From Epiperipatus broadwayi (Eukaryota > Animalia > Onychophora): a DNA stretch of 64,000 nt. Both the position numbers and the translations under genes were made by a program. The notes under the pieces are model-generated. The model saw only the letters and a list, made by a program, of their open reading frames with translations, searched no databases and had not been told where the DNA came from. This document shows, piece after piece, positions 55,913 through 64,000 of the stretch (position 1 is its first letter; the number at the start of each line of letters is the position of its first letter). The DNA lies in NCBI GenBank assembly GCA_028023455.1, contig JAQFVV010000007.1:15748001-15812000 (forward strand). The letters are read 5' to 3'.

Positions 55913-56864
55913 AAAATAGAACAAATGGGTTTTACTAATTACTTTTAAAATGCTTGAAATGAAAAACATTGAATAAAGGTATTATTAACATTATTTTAAT
56001 CTATTATTTTCAAATAACTTAACCATATTTCAAACATAAATTTTTCTACCCCCAACTATAATTACATATCGTGGAAAGTCCTATATTTGAAATAACGTTT
56101 TAAAAAATAAAACAGTGAAATTTAATCTGATTGTGTAAAAGTTTTAATTAAAGAAATATGTATCTCAATGATGTAAGAGGCTTTATTGAATGTAAATGTT
56201 AAAATGAACTAATAATAACAAAAATAGCTACTTACAAATAAGTATTTTCCACCCCCACCCCCCAATTCTAAACATGAGTTTTGCGATGACTACACACCCA
56301 CGTAGAGAACATACTTGTCCATTTTTCTTTTACTCGATATTTTAAACAGTAAATTATTTTAAGTAGTGATAAGGAATCACATGTCACGTGCAAATATTTA
56401 TTTTAGTATCCAATTATGTAGCTTCTAGAGCCGATCTAAAACATAAGCACTAGAATAAGTTATTAAGAAATAACGTTTTTCAGAGGTTTTTTAAACCTAG
56501 CATTATTCGATTGAGTTTGTATGTAGAGTACTAGAAATATATAGATACCATAGAAGAATCACCATTAATTTATAGGTTTTTAAAATTATTAGTCTAAATT
56601 TGCAGTTGTAATTTTCTATGAGATTATCTTCCCAAAAGCAAGTAGAGGTAAAGAGATTATTGATATACCCAATTACTGTCATAGGTTGATTATTCTATTT
56701 TATCATCATCATATTTAGAGTTACATTTGTATTGGCTTACTTTTACACATTGTACCATAAAATTTTACTATTTTTTTTACGATATTATCTGCCAAAAGAG
56801 GAAATGGAATAGAAAAAATGAAATCTTATTGCTGCAGTACACATATATGTAATTATATGTTAGA

Positions 56865-57090
56865 CTATTTCCATTATCTAAAATTAATTGTTAAATATCT
56901 TCAGACATATTCAAACTAATTTAAATCTGAAATATATTTAGCTATTAGTAGTAACATACAGAATAGTATCTAACATCTTTCTAGCAGTATTACTCTCAAC
57001 TCTTTTTCAAATGTTGATAGTCTGATCAGTGACAATACTAGCATGAGAGTCGAACCTATGACCTTTTAGATTTGTGAATAATGAATTTAA
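56865..57090 (-). mobile_element. Family D SINE-like element, degenerate
   Basis: B-box ggttcgactctc on the minus strand (~57046-57058), family D body and end motif; the hammerhead is decayed. Confidence 0.7.
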
Positions 57091-58819
57091 GGGCTATCAA
57101 AAATATGCATAGTAAAATGAATAAAATTTTAATATTAAATTGAAAAAAAAAAAATCATTTAAATCAAAAAATCATTTCATTTTAAAATATATTTTAAAAT
57201 ACTTGTGCATAAAATTGCTATATACTATAACTTAAATATTTTACTTTGTAATATTTAAGTTGAAGAAAAATATAAATGAGAAACAAAACTATCATTTCTT
57301 TACTTCAGTGTGTGAAATCAAAGTAAAGTTTATAGCTATTGGAATTTTGTAATTGGAATTTGTATTTTAAAATGCTATTGGTCAACTCGAATTAACTGTA
57401 AACAGCATGTTATTTTTTGGAATTGTTTGGTTTGTAAAAAGAAAAAGAAACTAAATATTATAGCTAATATGTTTTCTACAAATAATAGATTCATAATTTT
57501 ATTAATGATGATGATAACTTCTGTTATTTTTCTTAAAATTTTGAAGTATATTAATGAATTTAGGAAATAAACATAGTATTAGAATCTTTATACGAATTTT
57601 TTGATATTTTCCAATTGTTATTTAATTTCTTTTTACTTTTATTTATGTTAAAAGCTTCTTTGACGAGAAATAGATTGAATAAAACCTATTCAGCAAATGA
57701 TCCCAGGATCCACTTGTTGTGTAAAAATTATTAATAATAAACTATTCAAATTCATTGCACCTATATCAATATTTCCAATAAGTTCAACAACCATAGTTTA
57801 CTATTTTTAGCAAGATTTACAAAATATATATATATATATTGTAACAATACTAACCAATAAGGGAGTAAAAGCTTACTGTCATTGAACATTTGTTTCTAAT
57901 ACTGGAACATAAGTATTGATAATGTGAGTTTGGATGAATTGGGCACACAATACCACAATTATTTCATTACTGATTAATTTTTTGAAATTTTATGAACAGA
58001 AGATATCCTCAATGTTAAACCAGACAACGAATCCAATAGAGATTATTCTCCTTTCATTCTATTTGTGTTTTATAGACACTTGTAAACCATGTACCTATTC
58101 ATTTGAAACCCCCCCCCCCATGAATTTTGCTAAATGCAGCTACATCAATTTTAAACCTTGTTAGTTACTCAGTGCTATAAGTACTGTTTTATATTCAGGT
58201 CTTGAAGAGTCTCCACTGAGCAAATTTTTTACACATTAATGTGAGCCATTTATTAAGTAGATTTTGCAAAGCTGATGATTTTTACAATACCATTTCTAGG
58301 TCTCATATTTGTGAAGGACAGGGAATACTTAAATAGGATTTTATACATGTAGAATTATTTGCTGTATAGAAGTTGTAGTGTTTTGAAAAATGGCAGACAT
58401 TTTTGTGCACTCCAGAAAGAACTAGAATTTATTCGAGTTGTTGTCTTTAGATCGCATGCTGATAATAGGAATTAATTAATGTAATGGCGGACGATAATTC
58501 CAAGAGATATTTGCTGTTTGCAAATATTTCTATATATAAGACGTTACCTTATTGGACAATGATTAATTGTTGCAGTTGTCACTAAGCGATAAGAAGACTG
58601 GGTAACATCTATACAGGGCAGTAATTAGAGGACAACTCCAGTAGAGAGCAGTCACACAGTTTGAGTCAAGCAGTATTAGAGTAGACGTCGGTTTAACACC
58701 AGTGGAGATATCTCGTGTCAGTGCTGGTGGTTAATGACCAGCGCCCAGTGGAAATGTAGTCCACGGGTGTAGCTGAAAGAGCCCACAGAGATGGGGAGAC
58801 CGCAGTGGAGATATTGAGA

Positions 58820-59220
58820 AGCATTCGTTGCAGAGTAGAAGCATTAGATGCAGAGCAGAGCATTAGTTGCAGAGTAGAAGCATTCGTTGCAGAGCAGAGC
58901 ATTAGTTGCAGAGTAGGAGCATTCGTTGCAGAGCAGAGCATTAGTTGCAGGAATAGAGCATTCATTGGAGAGTTTCGTTGCAGACCAATTCATTGGAGAG
59001 CTTCGTTGCAGACCAATTCGTTGGAGAGTTTCGTTGCAGACCAATTCATAGGAGAGCATTCGTTGCAGACCAATTCAGCAGAGAGATTGCAGACCAATTC
59101 GTTGGAGAGCATTCATTGCAGACCAATTCATTGGAGAGCATTCATTGCAGACCAATTCGTTGACAAGCATTCATTGGAGAGCATTCGTTGCAGACCGATT
59201 CATTGGAGAGCACTCATTGG
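58820..59220. repeat. GC-richer minisatellite with a unit transition
   Basis: ~18-20 bp gcatt(c/a)gttgcagag units change near 58960 to ~26-28 bp cattggagag...gttgcagaccaatt units. This explains the overlapping ORFs at 58693-59272. Confidence 0.9.
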
Positions 59221-60204
59221 AAAAGAACAGCATGGGAATTGTATAACATTATTTGCTGACCGCACAGTATGACTTGCAGTTATAACATTGGCACAGTCGT
59301 AAGTGCAGATATAACAGAAGTTCTGTTCCAAATCAAGTTTTTAGTAGCAGTATTGATCATGATGCCTCATGAAATTATTACAAAGACTGTGGTTTTATTA
59401 AAACCTGTGCCTAATCACCGAAATATTATCAACAAAAACTTTGCATATTTCACATCATCATACATAATTGCACCCAAAACAAAAAAATAAAATATTGAAA
59501 ATTAGAATTGCATGATATAATGGAAATATGGTGGAAGATGCACACAATCATATTTCTACAGTTTGTGACAATCAAATAATTTATTGTGATTTAAGGTCTT
59601 TGAGCTCCTGATTTTTGCTACTCTATCACTATGCCAAAACATGCATGTTTTTAAAAGGTTCAGGCAGCAGACATAACAGAACTAGGCTGCGAATTATAAA
59701 TTGTCATTATTCTAAACCACACAAGACATAATGATAATCAAATAGTTTATAGTTTGGAAATTCATAAGAAGTGTGGATAACAGAAATGTAAGAGCTGGGC
59801 TGTGATTTGTATTAATTTAAATATTATATATTCATAAACACAATTATACACACATTTGATGATTTGCAACATTAGTGCATTTACATGTTTTTATATACAT
59901 ATGTATGCTTGAAATAATTTTAGATATTACACAAAATGTTGCTTTATTCACACCTTCCATGTAAACTTTCATAATCCTGCAAACAGCAATGTTTAATATG
60001 TTCAGTAAGAGATTGGTTGTTTTTGCATTAAACTTTACTATGTAAAAGATTGTAATAATTTTTTATAGAGGACATTAATAAAAATTAAACATCAATAATA
60101 TATATATATTAATTAGCCTAAAATGATATAAGTGGAAAATAATTATGAATTTTAATCAACTTATTCATTCATTATATTGAATGTTTACTATAATAAACAG
60201 ATGG

Positions 60205-60560
60205 ATTTTAACTTATGATTTTCAATCTACATTCATCCTTCATTCCATATCAAACTACTCATACACATGATCACATACATGAGAAAAAGATAAATGATTT
60301 CTAATATACATATTTTGTGCAGAATCAGCAATCATCAGTTGGATTAGATCATAATCTCCCTCACGTATATACAATCAGTGCTCAGCTTACATTAAGGTAG
60401 CAATTGCTTAAACTTAGGCTTCAAGCTTCTCACCCTTCCAACAATTCAATCATCCATTTAATTTAAAAACCAACAATGGAATGCTTAATGTCCTTGATGG
60501 ATTTGATATTGTAGTCATATCCATGTAGACATTAAATCAGTCTAACACCTTATATTATAG
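60205..60560 (-). mobile_element. Family C hammerhead element, left member of an inverted pair
   Basis: Minus strand ccaa CTGATGA ttgctgattctgcac AAAA t-atgt-a TA^ ttag (60301-60342). Homologous to 62870-63170. Confidence 0.78.
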
Positions 60561-60589
60561 AACATTACATTGTTGTCAATGAAATGGTT

Positions 60590-60835
60590 GGTTGAATTGT
60601 TGGAAGGGTGAGAAGATATTCATTAAAGTTTAAGGAATTGCTATCTTAATATAAGCTGATCAGTGATTGTATATGTGTATGGTAGATTATGATCTAGCCC
60701 AATTGATGAATGCTGGTTCTGCATGGAATAGATATATTGGTAACGTATATATTTTTCACATGTATGTGGTCATGTGTATCAGTTGTTTTGAACTGAAGTG
60801 GAGGATGAATACAGACAGAAAATCCCAAGTTCAAA
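60590..60835 (+). mobile_element. Family C hammerhead element, right member of an inverted pair
   Basis: ccaa TTGATGA atgctggttctgcat GGAA t-agat-a TA^ ttgg (60699-60740). Reverse complement of ~60205-60455. Confidence 0.78.
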
Positions 60836-62869
60836 TCTCTCTTATTTAATTATCCATTTTAGTTCTGAAGAAGGCTACTAGTTGGTTGAAACTTCAAAAA
60901 ACAAAACTTAAGAGAAAAGTGACAAATTAGTATATTTATGTTGTCATTTGACTAAACTGTATTATGTGTGTGCATAATAATATGCTGCTTGGTAAGGCAA
61001 TATGATGATCATTTCACCACCAAATTAGTAGAAGGACAAAAAAGGAAAGTTAATATTTTGATCATTGATAGCATTTGTTTCAATAAATTATTTAACAAGC
61101 CAACCCCTTGGATGCTTTTTTCCCTTTTTTCTCTCACTAAACAGGAAGGAATTGATTGGCTCCTTTACATGTTTGTATCAATATAGGGATTCAATGTTAT
61201 ACCACTTTCTTATCAATTAGTGCTCCAGTCATTTGCTTTCCTGTCTATGTGTTGGTTTTTAATTCCGAATATATGGATCCAATAGAGTTTTAGGCAAGCC
61301 TTTCATAGTAGCAGCATTAAACCATTCCATATAGATAATTTGTATTTGATACTACTATTATTAATAATAATTAAATATTTTTATTACCTAGAGTTCATTA
61401 ATACAATCATCAGATATGACAGAGCTCAACTGCTACCCATGGGCATTGAGATCTAGTCTTATTCTACCATTGCACCAAATCACACTGAACATATTTGACA
61501 TCTATTTTCATTAAATATATATAGTTAACCATAAAGTGGAATTTTTGATAGAATTATAATTAGCATCGGGTACTACATAGTCTAAATCCTGCTTATGATT
61601 GTGGTAGTAAGAACAAATATATGTATATGATATATTCCATAGTTTTAAAAACACTGGCGATATTTTAAAGAAAATCGGAATACGGAAATGGTGGATAAAT
61701 ATAGGTATTTTCCAGAAATCAAAATACTGTATTATCATCAGTTTGTAGTTATATAAGATTGTGACATTATCAAGGATTGCCTTAAGCATTGAAATTGACA
61801 GGTATGCTTCTGTGAGCAAATGTAAATTAGTGGACATATGATCAATGTTTTCCTTTTATTCAAGCATTCGATATAGCCGTTCTTTATAGAACCGGAAACA
61901 AACGTGTATTTCCGGGCTTAAAATAAGCCTTCAGCTTTCTTTTTATTTAAAAAAATTCAATATGAAAAAAAGGAAAAAATTATGTAGCAACATCTTTTAT
62001 TTTTTTAATCTGAGTGAAAACATTGTATTGTGCATTGGTTTTATTTTTAAGTCTTTGGACAATAATGAAAACTTCCAACTTGAGTTTACGTTTCGTTTGC
62101 CTTTGTTTAACTCATTTCTGAAGCCTCCACATTAGATATTTTTTAATTAAATCAAAAAATTATTTTAAAAGATTTGTTTAGCCGCTCTTTTTTTTTTTCC
62201 GAAGGAAAATCATCAGTTAGTTTGTCTTAGAAAGGAAGTGAACCAATTTGCATTCGAATGGAGGGTTCTTTTGTTTGCTTGAAATGATTGAACTAATTAA
62301 CAGAAATGTTTTTGAAACATTTAAAAATATTGTTTAAACTTTACTTTCATAAGTAAAAAAAAATAAAATATTACAAATGTGTACTGTGTGTAAAATGTTT
62401 GCCCTCCAGCAGAAATCAGCCATGAATATTGCACAAATTAATTTTAACAGCAGTATCACGAAACTCATAAACACGTTTAAGAATATCGTAATGTAATGTT
62501 CGATTTCATTCTTAATCACTCATTTGATTAATTACCGTTAATAAAATAAAGACTTACAATTAAAGGAAAATCAATACTAATTGTAAAAAATAACAACTGA
62601 GATACAAATTGTTTTATTATATTAAGATTACATTGTGTAGCAGATTATGAATCATAAATTCTCTTACATATCTTAATATAAATACTACAGATTTAAGGTT
62701 TTAGAACAACAAGATAATTAATTTAAAATATTGGATACGTGAAGAGCTTTGGGGCATAGTAGTTAGTACGTCGACCTACCCGCCATATCCCATTATCTGA
62801 GTTTCAAATCAGGTTGAATTGTTTTTGTTTTAAAACAGTGTTAGACTATTTTTCTATATATATTTACTT

Positions 62870-63170
62870 ACATCTAAACGATATACATGAGCCACATACA
62901 TGTGAAAAAAATAAATGATCTCCAATATACATATTTTATGCTGAACTAGCACTCATCAGTTGGTCCCGATAATTATCCCACACACATATTTATAATCAGT
63001 GCTCGGTTTATATTAAGATAGCAATTCTACACATTTTAATGGACATGCCTCAATCCTCTCCACTCTGAAAATCTGATGGAAGAATGGTCAAAGCTCTTAA
63101 TGATGCCAAAATTATAGTCGTACCCGTGTTGACCTTAAGTCAATCTGACCTCTCTTATGTAGGATCTTAA
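62870..63170 (-). mobile_element. Family C hammerhead element
   Basis: Minus strand ccaa CTGATGA gtgct-agttc-agcat AAAA t-atgt-a TA^ ttgg (62922-62963). Aligns with ~60255-60560. Confidence 0.8.
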
Positions 63171-63436
63171 TAAGTCCATTTAAATACACAAAAGAGTGAT
63201 GGGCAGAATACAGCTGAATATGTAATTTGGAATACAAATATAATGTATATCTTTATACCCTACATGCAATTAAAGAAGATTTGAACCCAGATTTTTAAGC
63301 TCCCTATAGTATCCATTCAATTCAAGGGTAATGCATATCTTTACCCTAGATGCAATTTTGATTATGTTCATTAAATAAATAAATAATTGAATGGCTTTAT
63401 TGTTCAAGGTTCATAAGAAGTTTGAGCATCAGAAAT

Positions 63437-63500
63437 TCCGTGACTGGAATTGATCCAAGGTTCAAGAGTCTGACCTCTACCACTATACTGAGTTACAAAG
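63437..63500 (-). mobile_element. Degenerate tRNA-like/SINE fragment
   Basis: Minus strand actcagtatagtggtagaggtcagactcttgaaccttggatcaattccagtcacgg has A- and B-box-like spacing. Confidence 0.35.
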
Positions 63501-64000
63501 GGCAAAAATAATTAAATGACATTATTGCTTGTGTGGAAGAACTTTCCACTTGTTATTCTATTCTGCATTAATTTTTATTTATTTAAATAAATTATATATA
63601 CAACAAACCATATACAAAGAAATAAAATACGTTTGTTTGTTATTTTTTAATTTATATAACTAAAATACCATATACACCTTACATAAACACTTTTCAATGC
63701 GATTTAATATAATTTATTTCTTCTCGCTTACAGTTTCAACTGTCCAGCAGTCATCATAAGAGCTACAATATTCAATATAATCACACTTAATATTAATCTA
63801 TGCACACATACTTATAAACAATATAAACATAAACAATATCTATGTTATGAACTTTAAAATAGTATAACTTTTCAATGATCCCATAATGATATATCTTTAT
63901 TCATTTTTAAATAATTATTGTGCTTAGTCCGGATTATATATAAACACAAACACTTGTAAATATGTTTTATAATATATATTTATTAGTGAAATATAAATAC

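Noticed and set aside
58820-59220. CRISPR-like array (also considered for 48856-49089)
   Set aside because: Contiguous tandem units without unique spacers, in a eukaryotic context with no cas genes.
61511-61837. 108-aa minus-strand ORF
   Set aside because: Composition typical of AT-rich random sequence (I/F/Y/K/N); no domain recognised.
62185-62220. Minus-strand CTGATGA-ttttcc/ggaaaa-AAAA
   Set aside because: The hairpin comes from a poly-T run; no stem I/III and no second copy.

Overview
Very AT-rich, CpG-depleted animal DNA, probably invertebrate and probably intronic or intergenic. I could not identify any host exon with confidence. Autonomous-type elements: one nearly intact full-length RTE-clade LINE (29717-33018) with a target-site duplication (TSD), (GAT)n tail and a single 2-bp frameshift; truncated RTE copies; three other LINE reverse-transcriptase (RT) relics; a Penelope-like (PLE) GIY-YIG relic in head-to-head inverted form; and hAT relics. 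There are also tRNA-derived SINEs and many micro/minisatellites. The main result is a high density of predicted self-cleaving ribozymes. An HDV-like double pseudoknot starts exactly at the RTE 5' boundary. About 16 decayed type I minimal hammerhead (HHR) motifs fall into three short non-coding repeat groups: A; B/C, where B forms ~352-bp tandem units; and D, which has a tRNA-like Pol III head followed by an HHR. These elements repeatedly occur as head-to-head inverted pairs like the PLE relic, suggesting non-autonomous, ribozyme-processed elements mobilised in trans by a PLE. All ribozyme calls come from manual motif and base-pair inspection, not from a search or an assay. Repeat boundaries are approximate unless a TSD fixes them.
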